64,000 nucleotides of DNA from a virus. The position numbers and the translations under genes were made by a program. The notes below the pieces were generated by a model. That model saw nothing but the letters and a program-made list of their open reading frames with translations. It ran no database searches and had not been told where the DNA came from. The stretch covers positions 65,261-129,260 of the IMG/VR virus record IMGVR_UViG_3300017761_005873; one strand, written 5' to 3'. Positions 20,996-31,588 of the stretch are shown piece by piece; the stretch's first letter is position 1; every line of letters begins with the position of its first letter.

Positions 20996-22398
20996 TGGAA
21001 CAGCTTAAACCCGATAAAAGATATTTACTTGCAACTCAAGAAGATATAAATCTTAATATATCATTAAAAACTAATTTTAATGATTTAAATGAATTTAATA
21101 ATAGTAAACTCATATCTTTAACGGATTTATTTAATGAAGAAAGAAATAAATCAACAAAATATAGAATTTATGGAAATATTAATTATCTTTCATTTTTACG
21201 AAATAAAAAAACAACACAAACAGAAATAACTGATTTTTTCAATGATGATTATAAACAAACAGGATTTAATTTTGAAGATTTTTTTGATTTAAAAATTTTT
21301 AAACAAGTAATAAATCAATATACATTAACCAATGCCGATACCACATATGTGGAATCATTATCACCAATCACAGATGATTCAAGTTATAAATTAAGTTTTT
21401 TTGGTTTTTCTAGAAATATTTATAATGAAAAAAATTATAGTTTTAAATTCGACACTTTGAATTTAAATCCTTATGAATATTATAAAATAAATAATGAGTT
21501 ATTTTATAATAATTATGTTTATTTAGGTTTTATGCCTAAAAATGTTTCCACATATGAAAAAATTTATACAACTAATGATTACATAAATACAGTAAATATA
21601 AATACCGAATTAGGATATTCAGCAATAACATTTACAAATCAACAAATAGATAATATTATTTTTGGAAGTAATTTTAATACAACAAGTTTATTTAATGAAT
21701 TTCTTTCAACAAAAACACATAATTTTTTTAAAACTTATGATATTAAAATTACAGACTCTAATATTAATTTAAATAAACGATTTATTAGAAATTATCTTGA
21801 TATTGGAAATAGTGATTATACTCAAAAAATTGTTTTAGATTTAAGTCAATCGGCATTAACAGGAAATTTAATTTATTTTGATAGGGAAAATTATTTATTT
21901 AATGAAATTCTTAAAAAAGAATATTTAATTAAATTACAATTAATTGATACATATCAAGGTGGAAATTATACACAATACAGAGATTTGAATTATAGTTCAT
22001 ATACATACACGGAACAAAATAATACAATAACAATTGATTTTTATTTTAAATTTAATCCATTTTATAAAATTGAATTAAAGAAATACGAAACCACAAATGA
22101 AGAAATATTTGACAATGTAAGAACAAATACAGTACCACCTGATAATGCAATAAAAATTAGTGGTGGAACTATTTGGAGAGATTTAATGCAATACGGAAAT
22201 CTTGAAAATTACGACTTTCCATTTTTAAATGATACACATTATTATTTTAATGATATTAGATTTTATTTAAAACCTGATTTATCAGATAAAAATACTGCTA
22301 CATTAGTAAAAGAATTTGGTATTGGTTTTCAAGATAATAATTTTATCTTCAACAAGAATAATTTAAAATTAACTCCTGAACAAAAGAAAATATGTTAA
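20995..22398 (+). CDS. putative virion structural protein
   Basis: 467 aa; ERNKSTKYRIYG, WRDL..YG, YDFPFLNDTHY. Confidence 0.6.
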   Translation: MEQLKPDKRYLLATQEDINLNISLKTNFNDLNEFNNSKLISLTDLFNEERNKSTKYRIYGNINYLSFLRNKKTTQTEITDFFNDDYKQTGFNFEDFFDLKIFKQVINQYTLTNADTTYVESLSPITDDSSYKLSFFGFSRNIYNEKNYSFKFDTLNLNPYEYYKINNELFYNNYVYLGFMPKNVSTYEKIYTTNDYINTVNINTELGYSAITFTNQQIDNIIFGSNFNTTSLFNEFLSTKTHNFFKTYDIKITDSNINLNKRFIRNYLDIGNSDYTQKIVLDLSQSALTGNLIYFDRENYLFNEILKKEYLIKLQLIDTYQGGNYTQYRDLNYSSYTYTEQNNTITIDFYFKFNPFYKIELKKYETTNEEIFDNVRTNTVPPDNAIKISGGTIWRDLMQYGNLENYDFPFLNDTHYYFNDIRFYLKPDLSDKNTATLVKEFGIGFQDNNFIFNKNNLKLTPEQKKIC

Positions 22399-23171
22399 CT
22401 TTAGTAACTAATTATGGAATAAGTGGATTAACTTTAGACATTGGAATAAATCAAAATCATGATTTTACACCCAAAAGTGAATCAATTAAAAAATATGTTG
22501 ATTTAGAAGTTAATAGAGTATTGGAAGAATCTAGAAATTCTGAAAAAGATTTAGAATTCATATCTTTCAAACCAAGTACAAGTTTTTATTTGCAAAGCCA
22601 TTTTGAAAATTCACCCTCATATAAACCTGTTGGATTTACAAATTTTTATTTGACAGGCACTAATGTTTATACACAAGAAAGTTATTATATTTTTGATTTA
22701 TACGACTCTTTTAATGATAATAATCAAAATTTAATATCAAGAAATTTTGTTAAAATGTCAAAAATAGTAAAAGATACAACAACATATATATTCTTTGATG
22801 TTTCAAAAAAAATGGTAAAAGAATTTGTAAATATTTATATTCCATCGTATTTTATTAATCAAGGAATTGATATTTTTTATTTAAAGATTAACTTTTTTAA
22901 TGCAATAAATGGTAAATTCAGATTTTTTAAATGTTCAGAAACTGATAGAAATGCATCTCAAAATTATTTAATATTACAAATAGATAAAATAACAAAAACA
23001 TATAACATTATTAATGGTGATATTATAAGTTTTCAACCAAATGTATATAAAATTTCAGAAGTTGCAGAACCACAAAAAGAACAAGAATTACTTGACCAAA
23101 ATAAAATAAAAAAGACAAAACCTATAGTTAAACCAAACAAAATAATAACATCAAAAGGCAAATTTATATGA
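22392..23171 (+). CDS. putative virion structural protein
   Basis: 259 aa overlapping the previous gene; FFNAINGK motif. Confidence 0.55.
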   Translation: MLTLVTNYGISGLTLDIGINQNHDFTPKSESIKKYVDLEVNRVLEESRNSEKDLEFISFKPSTSFYLQSHFENSPSYKPVGFTNFYLTGTNVYTQESYYIFDLYDSFNDNNQNLISRNFVKMSKIVKDTTTYIFFDVSKKMVKEFVNIYIPSYFINQGIDIFYLKINFFNAINGKFRFFKCSETDRNASQNYLILQIDKITKTYNIINGDIISFQPNVYKISEVAEPQKEQELLDQNKIKKTKPIVKPNKIITSKGKFI

Positions 23172-23368
23172 TAGATTTAATAACAAAATTTTTTAATTTT
23201 TTACCACTATATTTATTAATGTGTTCAATTTTTTATCACATTTATATCTTTTACATTTTTGTAAAATGTATTAGAAAACAAGAAAAATTATCAGAAAACT
23301 TAACAAAAAAAGATTCATTTTATTTTTTCTTATCAATAAGCTATATATTTACCTATATTTTCCTATGA
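23168..23368 (+). CDS. small membrane protein
   Basis: 66 aa, two hydrophobic segments, ATGA-coupled on both sides. Confidence 0.55.
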   Translation: MIDLITKFFNFLPLYLLMCSIFYHIYIFYIFVKCIRKQEKLSENLTKKDSFYFFLSISYIFTYIFL

Positions 23369-23853
23369 AACTAAAAAAGATAATTGAAGAATTAAAAAAC
23401 TACATCGTTCAAATTAATTTTGATGATTTTGTTGATGTATATATGTCCTTTCCATCTGATTGGGATTTAACACCATTTTTTGATGAAAATGAAGTTTATA
23501 TTTTAGAAAACCCTAAAAAGTCTTTTGAAGATGAAGGTAGACAATATAATATATATCAATTTTTATTAAAATCAATTGATTATACTGATGATTTATTTAA
23601 CATCTTAGTTGAAATTAAAAATACTTTTTTGGAAAGAGAAAAAATGATTTTTGAATTAAATCAAAAACTTGAACAAGAAAAAAAGCAACTTGAAGATAGT
23701 ATTAATAAAAAAATCAATTCAATTCGTGGTGATAATAAAAAAACAAAAAAACAAAAATCAGAAATTGTAGAAAAAATTGAAGAAGTTGAAGAACTTAAAA
23801 ACATAGATACTACATTATCTATTAGTGAAATTATGACTAATTATAATAAATAA
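23365..23853 (+). CDS. hypothetical protein
   Basis: 162 aa, FPSDW motif, coiled-coil C-terminus. Confidence 0.55.
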   Translation: MKLKKIIEELKNYIVQINFDDFVDVYMSFPSDWDLTPFFDENEVYILENPKKSFEDEGRQYNIYQFLLKSIDYTDDLFNILVEIKNTFLEREKMIFELNQKLEQEKKQLEDSINKKINSIRGDNKKTKKQKSEIVEKIEEVEELKNIDTTLSISEIMTNYNK

Positions 23854-23859
23854 GTCATA

Positions 23860-24984
23860 ATGATTTTTAAAGATTCACAAGAGCAATTAAAATTATACAA
23901 ACAAGTCAGAGTATCAATTGGAGAACCTGTTCGTGATTATAACGATTGGGTTACTGATGATGTTATTGATACTTATGTTGAAATGGCTTTAGAAGATTAT
24001 ATTTCTTATCTAGATAATTGGTTAATTGAACAACAATGGTCAACTTTAGAAGGTTTAAGTATTAGTTCAGCCAACTTTGTTGAAGCATTTACAACTAAAA
24101 CACTTGATTTTGAAAAATCATTTGCTGTGGCATATGGAAAACAAACAGGTATTTCTACATTAGGTGAATGGGAACTTAAAAGTGATTATGTAATCATTTC
24201 TGCTAATACACAAGTTTATACAATCCCTTCAGGAAGAGAAATCAATGAAGTTCTTTGGTATACACCCTCACAAATTGCAACCAACATTCTTGACCCTATC
24301 GGTATGGGTGGTGGTTGGTTTGGTGCGCCAACAGGATGGTATTATGGTAATGTACCTGCACAAGCAATGCTACCATCATTTTCATTGATTCTATCTACTA
24401 TGGATAGATTACAAAAGAAAAAAATTATTCAAAGTGAATTAACATATAGGATAGCACCAGGTCCAAATAAAACAAAAAAACTTTTCTTATACCCAATTCC
24501 AGGAAGTAGAGAAGAAATAGTTGGTAAATATGGTAAAACACTAGAAGGTTCTAAAGTATGGTATTTTTATTATGATACTTTTGATAATGACCAAAGAGAT
24601 AAATGTTTAGAAGAAAATGAGGATATTGTAAAGTTACCTTCTGATGTTCCAATTAGACTTAAAAAATGGGATAACTTAAATGCACCTTCTAAAAATAAAG
24701 TAAGAAGATTAACAGTAGCATATATTAAAAAATTTCTTGCAACTATTTGGGCAAAAACATCAGGTAAGATTAAATTACCTCAAAGAGATGAATTTCTTGA
24801 AATAGATTATAAATTTTTTGCAGATGATTATGATAAAGAAAAAGAAGCGATATTTAAAGAATTACAAGAACAATTAGTAGATTTTACATATCAAAAAATT
24901 ATGGAAAAGAAAGCATCAATTGGTGAGAATTTAAATAAAGTATTACAATACACACCACCTCAAACAGGAATAATTTGGAAATAA
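23860..24984 (+). CDS. neck/head-tail adaptor protein (gp13-like)
   Basis: SIGEP, QVYTIP.GREINEV, LFLYPIP; late motif at 23836-23843. Confidence 0.7.
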   Translation: MIFKDSQEQLKLYKQVRVSIGEPVRDYNDWVTDDVIDTYVEMALEDYISYLDNWLIEQQWSTLEGLSISSANFVEAFTTKTLDFEKSFAVAYGKQTGISTLGEWELKSDYVIISANTQVYTIPSGREINEVLWYTPSQIATNILDPIGMGGGWFGAPTGWYYGNVPAQAMLPSFSLILSTMDRLQKKKIIQSELTYRIAPGPNKTKKLFLYPIPGSREEIVGKYGKTLEGSKVWYFYYDTFDNDQRDKCLEENEDIVKLPSDVPIRLKKWDNLNAPSKNKVRRLTVAYIKKFLATIWAKTSGKIKLPQRDEFLEIDYKFFADDYDKEKEAIFKELQEQLVDFTYQKIMEKKASIGENLNKVLQYTPPQTGIIWK

Positions 24985-25479
24985 ATGGCAAATACACCTT
25001 ATTATAATCAAAAAGATTTTCAAATTGACCTTAGAATGTCAAAAGACTATATTGATGAAGATATGGGTTTATCTATCTATTTATTTTCAATTAATATTAC
25101 TGCATCTAAAAAAGATATTTACGGAGAAAGTCTACCAACAGAAAAGGAATTTATTGAACCTGTTAAATTAAGTGCATTTGTTTCTTTACCTAAATCTGAA
25201 ATCTCTAAATTAGGTGGAACAATGCTTGTTAATGAAACAATGGAAACTGTTAAATTTGGAATATATTTAGACGAATTAGAGAAGGTTAACTCAGACCCTA
25301 AAAGAGGTGATTATATATTATATGATGATAATCAAACAAAAAGATTTTTTGAAATTAATACAATAACTAATATAACAAGTAGTAATCAAATGTTTAACTA
25401 CAGTCCTTTCTTTAAAGAAATTACTGCAACGTATGTTAAAGATTATAGATTACCACAAAACTTAAAAAATTATATTTAA
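24985..25479 (+). CDS. head closure/neck protein (gp14-like)
   Basis: DIYGES...KEF..PV, PKRGDYI, FFEI; follows the adaptor gene. Confidence 0.65.
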   Translation: MANTPYYNQKDFQIDLRMSKDYIDEDMGLSIYLFSINITASKKDIYGESLPTEKEFIEPVKLSAFVSLPKSEISKLGGTMLVNETMETVKFGIYLDELEKVNSDPKRGDYILYDDNQTKRFFEINTITNITSSNQMFNYSPFFKEITATYVKDYRLPQNLKNYI

Positions 25480-25480
25480 T

Positions 25481-25552
25481 ATGGAAAATAAAGGATGTGG
25501 TTGTGGTGGAACTAAAAAACCATCTGTTATAATTAAAAAACCTAGAAAATAA
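25481..25552 (+). CDS. 23-aa GCGC microprotein (not in ORF track)
   Basis: MENKGCGCGGTKKPSVIIKKPRK*, fills the gap exactly and is TAATG-coupled to the next gene. Confidence 0.6.
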   Translation: MENKGCGCGGTKKPSVIIKKPRK

Positions 25553-25845
25553 TGGAACATTTATTTTTATCAATTATAATTGGTTTTTGTTCAGCACAAA
25601 TAACCAAGGTATTAGATTTTTCTTTTAATGAAGGAAATATATTGGATTGGTATTATATATTTTTATTAAAATATGTAGAAACAATATCAAAAAAATTAGC
25701 AAAACCTCTTGGAACTTGCATTAAATGTTTTTCAGTATGGGTTTGTTTTTTTATCTTTTTAATCTTTGCTATTTTTACAACAATCCCTTGGTATTATGTA
25801 TTATTGTCTCAAGGAATTAGTGCTTTTATAATCTATAGAGAATAA
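25552..25845 (+). CDS. membrane protein with CxxC (DUF1360-like)
   Basis: Hydrophobic segments and KPLGTCIKCFSVW. Confidence 0.6.
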   Translation: MEHLFLSIIIGFCSAQITKVLDFSFNEGNILDWYYIFLLKYVETISKKLAKPLGTCIKCFSVWVCFFIFLIFAIFTTIPWYYVLLSQGISAFIIYRE

Positions 25846-26231
25846 ATATCTCTTGCATCATACTTCTTTACATACATCTTAACTAATCTACCTGCAATAG
25901 CATTAGCAGTATCTTCTATAACTCCTCCAATATCAGGTATTTCACCTGTAATTTTTCCTTGTAAATCTTGTTTCTGATGAACTAATTCATGTGCAATAGT
26001 TCTAAGTATATCAGCAATTTGCCTTCCTTCAGCAATAGTATATACACATTTATCTGATGGATTATAACCACCTGTGGTTATTTGTAATTTATTATTTTTT
26101 GATAATAAAAATACCCTTATATCGTTTGTAATATCTAATTCATCTCTACAAAATTTTAAAAATTTTGATATGTGTTTAAATTTTGTAGGATTTAAATTAT
26201 CTATTTTTTTAGAATAAGAAACCTTAATCAT
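25833..26231 (-). CDS. HExxH zinc-metallopeptidase-like protein
   Basis: TTGGY, DILRTIAHELVHQKQ, EDTANAIAG; own late motif at 26240-26247. Confidence 0.75.
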   Translation of the reverse strand: MIKVSYSKKIDNLNPTKFKHISKFLKFCRDELDITNDIRVFLLSKNNKLQITTGGYNPSDKCVYTIAEGRQIADILRTIAHELVHQKQDLQGKITGEIPDIGGVIEDTANAIAGRLVKMYVKKYDARDIYSL

Positions 26232-26251
26232 TTTTATTATAAATAGTAAAT

Positions 26252-26288
26252 AAAAAAAGGGTGGAATAAATCCACCCTTTAATTTTTT
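26252..26288 (-). terminator. intrinsic terminator of the major capsid gene
   Basis: AAAGGGTGGA-ATAAA-TCCACCCTTT with an A7 run on the left side. Confidence 0.85.
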
Positions 26289-26301
26289 ATTCTAAATCAA
26301 A

Positions 26302-28062
26302 TTAGATTACATCTAACATGAACTCAGAAGGTGATGCAGTTGGTAAACCTTGTACCAATACTTTACCATAGAACCTGTTGTTAACGACTTTTTTCGCATA
26401 ACGAGTCATGATACCCATTACAGGTTTGAAGTCAGCAGGATTAATGGTCTTAGGCATCAACATCAACGGAACGTATGGAGCGTAGATGTAACCTGCATGG
26501 AAGATTGAATCTCCTTTGTGTCCTATAAGAACAACACCAGCAGGAGCATAAGCATCAACATATACTGTGTATCTGTTAGCTACAGAACCAACTTTCTCAA
26601 TACCTAAAGAGAACTTAGTTTCTTCAGCAGAAGCATCAGAAGCATGGAAGTACTCAAGGTCATTAAGAACAGCAGCAACTTCAGGAGAACATACAACCCA
26701 GTTTGCACCACCACGAAGAGTAAATTTCATGATACGAGCAGAGATTTGATTAATCTTAGTAATCAACTCTTGGTTGTAATCTTTACGAGTAATTGCAAAT
26801 GATTGACCAACATTGTTAAATCTTCTATCGTATGCTGAGTAATCCCAAACTTCAACATGTGAAGCGGATTTACGAAGGTCACGAAGGATTTCACGGTCAA
26901 TTTCACCTGATACAACTTCAGAAAGAAGTGCAGTTAATTCAGCTTCTACGTCAATTGAGTGGAAAGCGTTAACGTCTTGCTGAAGTTCAGGAGTGAAGGT
27001 AGCACCTAGCATTCTCTTTTCAACAGAAACGTCAATAAAGTCAAATGTAAAAGTTACTTGAGGAATCTCAGCATCTTCTTCCATTGAAGAATATGTATTC
27101 CAAGTAGCCTGAAGAGTAGTTCCTGCAAAACCATTACCAACAGACTTAAGACCCATACCAGTATTTGTAGCATAAGGATTTGTGCTATAAACAGTTCCAG
27201 CACTTACAGGAGAATTAAGAATCAATTCAACATCAATGAAAGTAGTGTCTCTTTTAACGATTTCTTTTGCATAAGCTTGCATTGGAACTCTAAAAGGAAT
27301 TGGAGAACCACCTGCAATAATAGTAGAACCATCAGCTTGAGAAGTCAAAGCAGAAGCTGCTGTAATTTTCAAACTCATTAAGAACGACTCAGTATCAACT
27401 GCTGAACCAACAGGACCTTGTAATTTACCTTCAGTAGTATAAGAAAAACCACTAAGTCTAACTAATGCTCTTGCAGAAGGAGTTGCACTACCTACAGTAC
27501 CTGAAATAATTTGTACCGATACTTGATTTGAAGTAACTCTACCTTTAGTTCTGTCAAAAAGACCTCCAACATCATCAAAATCACTACCATTGTTGTAGAA
27601 TGAATCATACAATGAAGTAGTCTGATATGGAGTTCCACCAGTTTTTACACCACTAGAATTATAATTATCAGCAGCATTAGAAAGTACACCATCAAATGTA
27701 GAGTGTCTACCACTAGTTCTAGTAGAAATTTTAGGGTTAATGAAATACAAACGACCAATCGGCATGTTCATAGCCTGAACAGAAACGATTTCGTTTGCAA
27801 GTAATTTTTGGAAAACACGTCTAATGATTGGGAACGCAACTGTCTCAAATGAACCTGAAGATGTAGCATCAGTAGATTCATTGATTAAGTAAGACGCTTG
27901 GTTCTCATACAATTGAGCAATGTTTTCAGCCATATGACCTTCAAGGCCATCAAGCAAGCCAAACTGATTCCATTTTTCGGTAATCAATTCACGCTGTTCT
28001 CTAAGTTGTCTGTATTCTTGACCAACTTTTCCAGAGTTAAGGATTTCGGTAATTCCGTACAT
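26302..28062 (-). CDS. major capsid protein (T4 gp23-like)
   Basis: PIIRRVF..L.ANEIVSVQAM..P.G, ELQQD..A.H.ID.EAEL, EIDREI, YAPYVPL, GIMTRYA; probable processing site LINE|S at aa 62. Confidence 0.95.
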   Translation of the reverse strand: MYGITEILNSGKVGQEYRQLREQRELITEKWNQFGLLDGLEGHMAENIAQLYENQASYLINESTDATSSGSFETVAFPIIRRVFQKLLANEIVSVQAMNMPIGRLYFINPKISTRTSGRHSTFDGVLSNAADNYNSSGVKTGGTPYQTTSLYDSFYNNGSDFDDVGGLFDRTKGRVTSNQVSVQIISGTVGSATPSARALVRLSGFSYTTEGKLQGPVGSAVDTESFLMSLKITAASALTSQADGSTIIAGGSPIPFRVPMQAYAKEIVKRDTTFIDVELILNSPVSAGTVYSTNPYATNTGMGLKSVGNGFAGTTLQATWNTYSSMEEDAEIPQVTFTFDFIDVSVEKRMLGATFTPELQQDVNAFHSIDVEAELTALLSEVVSGEIDREILRDLRKSASHVEVWDYSAYDRRFNNVGQSFAITRKDYNQELITKINQISARIMKFTLRGGANWVVCSPEVAAVLNDLEYFHASDASAEETKFSLGIEKVGSVANRYTVYVDAYAPAGVVLIGHKGDSIFHAGYIYAPYVPLMLMPKTINPADFKPVMGIMTRYAKKVVNNRFYGKVLVQGLPTASPSEFMLDVI

Positions 28063-28112
28063 AATTTTTTAATGTTTTTAATTTAATTTAAATAGTAAGA
28101 TTTTTTCTGTTT

Positions 28113-30050
28113 TTATTTTCTCTTACCAAAATTATAGTTAAGTAATTGTTTAAACCTATTAGTTTCATCATTTTCATTGATTAAATTCTTTTCTGTGACA
28201 ATAGCATTGTCAGTTCTATGAACTTTACCAACTTTATTTTGTACTGATTCTTTTAGTAATGAACCATCTTTAACTGTTTGCCCTTTTGCAAACTCATTTG
28301 TTAATGAAATATAAGTTTCTTTAATTTGTTCTTTTGTTTGTGCATTTGCAAATCGATAAACAATTTCACTTTTCTCATTCTCTCTAAGAGGATGCTCAAG
28401 TAAGAATTTATTTACAAATCCTGCTTTTAATGCACTAATTGTTACATCATAGACTTTATTCTCTAATGATTTAACTTTATTTGCAAAACCTTCTTGAAGG
28501 TTTTTCTTTTCTGCTTCAAGTTTTTTAACTTTTTCATGTAAAGAAGTCATTTCTTCTTCATCCATATCTTCTTCAGAAACAAGAGTAGGTTTTGAACGTC
28601 TATCAGGTCTTCCTTGTGCAATAGCATCACCACCCATATTTCTTACAGATTTATGGGTACGGTCAAATGCACCACTTGCCTCCTCAAGTTCATCTTCTTC
28701 TTTCATTGTAGAAAGCATTTCTTCAATTTCAGCTTCTTCAGACATGTAATCTTCTTCAGGATTAACTTCAAATTTCATATTATTTCTAGATTTACCCTGA
28801 AAAGACATTCCTTCACCACCATCATCTTCAAGCATTTTGCTCATTTCTTCAAGTTCTTCCATAGACATCTCTTCAAACATTTCTTCAAGTTCATTACTTT
28901 GAGGATTTTTTGCACCTTTTTGTAGTCTATTCATTCCACTTGCTCTTTCAGAACGTCTCATAACACTTTCGTCTTCAACATCCATTTCAGCAAGCATTTG
29001 ATTAATTTGTTCATCAGTTAATTCTGAATCCATATAACCTTCATCAGACATTGGTTCATCATAATTACCTTCAGGCATATCAATTTCATACATTAAACCT
29101 TCATCTTCCATGTCATAACCTTCATCTTCCATGTCATAACCTTCATCATACATACCTTCTAATTGAGGTAGAGAATTAGTCCACTCATAATCATCACTAC
29201 CCATTTCATCTTCCATTTCATCTTCCATTTCATCTTCCATTCCATAGTTATCTTTAACGACAAAAGAATCATCTTCCTCCATATTATAATATGCTTCAAC
29301 TAATTTATTAAAGCTTACGTCTCTAAGGTCTTTTAGAACTTGTTTTTTAGTATTTTTCATTTTAGTATTATTTCTTTTAAAATTTTCATTTATTTTTTCA
29401 AAACTTTTTTCCTCTTCATCAGAATCCATTTCCTCTTCATCTTCAGGTTCTGCTAATACTTTATCATCAACATCAACATCTGAAAATTCATCTGAATCAT
29501 CAAATTCAATATCCTCTTCATCATCAGAATCTAATTCTTCTTCATCAGATTCCATTTCATCAGAATCCATATCCTCTTCATCATCAGAATCAGAAACTAA
29601 TTTAAATCCGTGTTCTTCTGCTGCTTTTCTTAGAGTATCTAAAGACATTTCTTCTTCATCAGATTCCATTTCATCAGAATCCATTTCATCAGAATCCATT
29701 TCTTCTTCATCATTATAATCTTCAAGTTCAGAAAGAATTTCATTCAAAGACATTTCTTTTTTCTTTGATTTTTTAGGTTTTTCTTCTTCCTCTTCTTCCT
29801 CTTCATCTTCTTCCTCTTCTTCTTCAGATTCCTTTTCTTCCTCCTCTTTTTCAGAGTCCTCATCTTCATCCTCTTCTTCTTCGGAATCATCTTCACCTGC
29901 AATTAATTTTTCAAACAATGCAGCAGATTTTTTTTCAAGCAAATCAGCACTTTCATTAATCAATTGCTCTTTGGCAAGTTCCAAAGATTCATTTTTAATA
30001 TTTTCAAGTTCTTGCAAACTATCTTGTAATAGAGATTTTTTATTTGTCAT
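28113..30050 (-). CDS. acidic prohead scaffold/core protein (gp22-like)
   Basis: Extremely D/E/M-rich, lies between protease and capsid genes, many [LIM]xE sites, C-terminal RFKQLLNY. Confidence 0.8.
   Translation of the reverse strand: MTNKKSLLQDSLQELENIKNESLELAKEQLINESADLLEKKSAALFEKLIAGEDDSEEEEDEDEDSEKEEEEKESEEEEEEDEEEEEEEEKPKKSKKKEMSLNEILSELEDYNDEEEMDSDEMDSDEMESDEEEMSLDTLRKAAEEHGFKLVSDSDDEEDMDSDEMESDEEELDSDDEEDIEFDDSDEFSDVDVDDKVLAEPEDEEEMDSDEEEKSFEKINENFKRNNTKMKNTKKQVLKDLRDVSFNKLVEAYYNMEEDDSFVVKDNYGMEDEMEDEMEDEMGSDDYEWTNSLPQLEGMYDEGYDMEDEGYDMEDEGLMYEIDMPEGNYDEPMSDEGYMDSELTDEQINQMLAEMDVEDESVMRRSERASGMNRLQKGAKNPQSNELEEMFEEMSMEELEEMSKMLEDDGGEGMSFQGKSRNNMKFEVNPEEDYMSEEAEIEEMLSTMKEEDELEEASGAFDRTHKSVRNMGGDAIAQGRPDRRSKPTLVSEEDMDEEEMTSLHEKVKKLEAEKKNLQEGFANKVKSLENKVYDVTISALKAGFVNKFLLEHPLRENEKSEIVYRFANAQTKEQIKETYISLTNEFAKGQTVKDGSLLKESVQNKVGKVHRTDNAIVTEKNLINENDETNRFKQLLNYNFGKRK
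29095..29710 (-). repeat. coding micro-repeats in the scaffold (DEGYDME, EDEM, DSDEM units)
   Basis: Tandem 21-, 12- and 15-nt units such as TCATCAGAATCCATT and TCATCTTCCATT. Confidence 0.8.
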
Positions 30051-30084
30051 TTTATTATATATCTATAATTAATTAGTAAAAAAA

Positions 30085-30786
30085 TTAAGATTTAATTATA
30101 TTTCTTATGGATTCATCATATTTTTTTACATTATTGTTTTGAATATTTACCGATTCTTGTAAATTATCATTTTTTGTTTCTAAAAATAAATATGCGTTAG
30201 GTGTAGAAGGTGTTGCAACAAGGTCAAAACAAATAAGTTCAAAATCATCTTGAACAATATTTTTTCCACCTACTTTTTTAACACTACCTAATCCTCTTGA
30301 AGAGATACCAAGTTTTAGATTTCTTTGTAAGTAAAGAGCAATCTTATCACCAATTGTCCAACCAATACCATCTCTTAGAAATGAATCGCTGACGATAATA
30401 TCAAGAGTTCCAAATACTGCATTACCTGACCACCAAGTTTTAGCAATTCTATGAGAAATGTTTTGTAAAGAAATTGTAACAGATTCTGGATGGTCAGCTT
30501 CATTAAGTGCTGCATTATCATTAATAAGTTTTTGATATTCATCTATTTGTTTTGCTAATATTTCTCTTGGATAAACTCTACCATTACGGTTTAGTACATC
30601 AGCTTCTTGAAGTTTGCAATCAATATAGAAATGACTATCAAAATCATTTTTTCTAACTTTTGAATTTAAATCTTCAAATATTCTTTTATTATTTAATGTT
30701 AAATCATTGCTAATAATACCTGCATCGGTTTCAACTAATAACCCATAACCTTCTTGTCCTTCTTTTAGTAGTTGCACTTCTTTCAT
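30085..30786 (-). CDS. prohead core protease (T4 gp21-like)
   Basis: NRNGRVYP, EADHPES, SHRI, GISSRGLGS, FDLVATPSTPNAY. Confidence 0.93.
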   Translation of the reverse strand: MKEVQLLKEGQEGYGLLVETDAGIISNDLTLNNKRIFEDLNSKVRKNDFDSHFYIDCKLQEADVLNRNGRVYPREILAKQIDEYQKLINDNAALNEADHPESVTISLQNISHRIAKTWWSGNAVFGTLDIIVSDSFLRDGIGWTIGDKIALYLQRNLKLGISSRGLGSVKKVGGKNIVQDDFELICFDLVATPSTPNAYLFLETKNDNLQESVNIQNNNVKKYDESIRNIIKS

Positions 30787-31550
30787 TATTTATTTGAATT
30801 TAAATTTTTAATTTCAAAAAGTTTGGACAAATTAGAAACTGCTGTTTCAGATTGATATTCTAATGAATCAATAAAATCAAATGTTTCTGTTAATACTTCT
30901 GAACTAATATTATCTTTTTCATTTAATAAATGTGTTTTTGTTGATTTCTTATATGATTCAAAAACTGTTTTTTTCTTTTTTTCATCACCCTTAATAAAAC
31001 TTGAAATAATTTCCATTTCATCAGGTTGAAGATTTGAGAATTTTTCTTCTAATTTCTTTTTAGCTAAATTAAAAATATGAGTTACTTTAAAAGTATTGTC
31101 TGATTTTTTAATTTGAATCTCTTCTTTTTTAGTTAATGATTCAATTAAAAAATTTACTGATTCATGTAATTTATTAACATTAGTAATTTTTTTTAAAACA
31201 CTTTCATTAATAACATTTTCAATATTTTCATTAAGTTTTAATTTATCTTCTGATAATTCAATTTCTTTTAAATTAAATTTTTCAAGTTTTTTGTTTTCTT
31301 TTAGTAATTCATTTTTTTCAATTTTAGATAAAGCAGAAATATTAGCCTCAATAAATCTTAATGATTCATTATAATCTAAATTATGTTTTTTTAAATTCTC
31401 ATAAATTGTATATTCTAACATTAGAACAGGCGATGATTTAATTGTTTTTAAAAACTCTTCATATAACTTTTTATAGTTATTAGTATTATCAATTAAATCT
31501 TGAGAATAAGCTTTATTTAATTTTGACTTAACATTACCAAAATTTACCAT
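30786..31550 (-). CDS. putative prohead core protein
   Basis: 254 aa between portal and protease; INES and LHES sites; late motif at 31567-31574. Confidence 0.6.
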   Translation of the reverse strand: MVNFGNVKSKLNKAYSQDLIDNTNNYKKLYEEFLKTIKSSPVLMLEYTIYENLKKHNLDYNESLRFIEANISALSKIEKNELLKENKKLEKFNLKEIELSEDKLKLNENIENVINESVLKKITNVNKLHESVNFLIESLTKKEEIQIKKSDNTFKVTHIFNLAKKKLEEKFSNLQPDEMEIISSFIKGDEKKKKTVFESYKKSTKTHLLNEKDNISSEVLTETFDFIDSLEYQSETAVSNLSKLFEIKNLNSNK

Positions 31551-31588
31551 TTTTTTGTATTTATTATAAATAGTATAAAATATTATTG

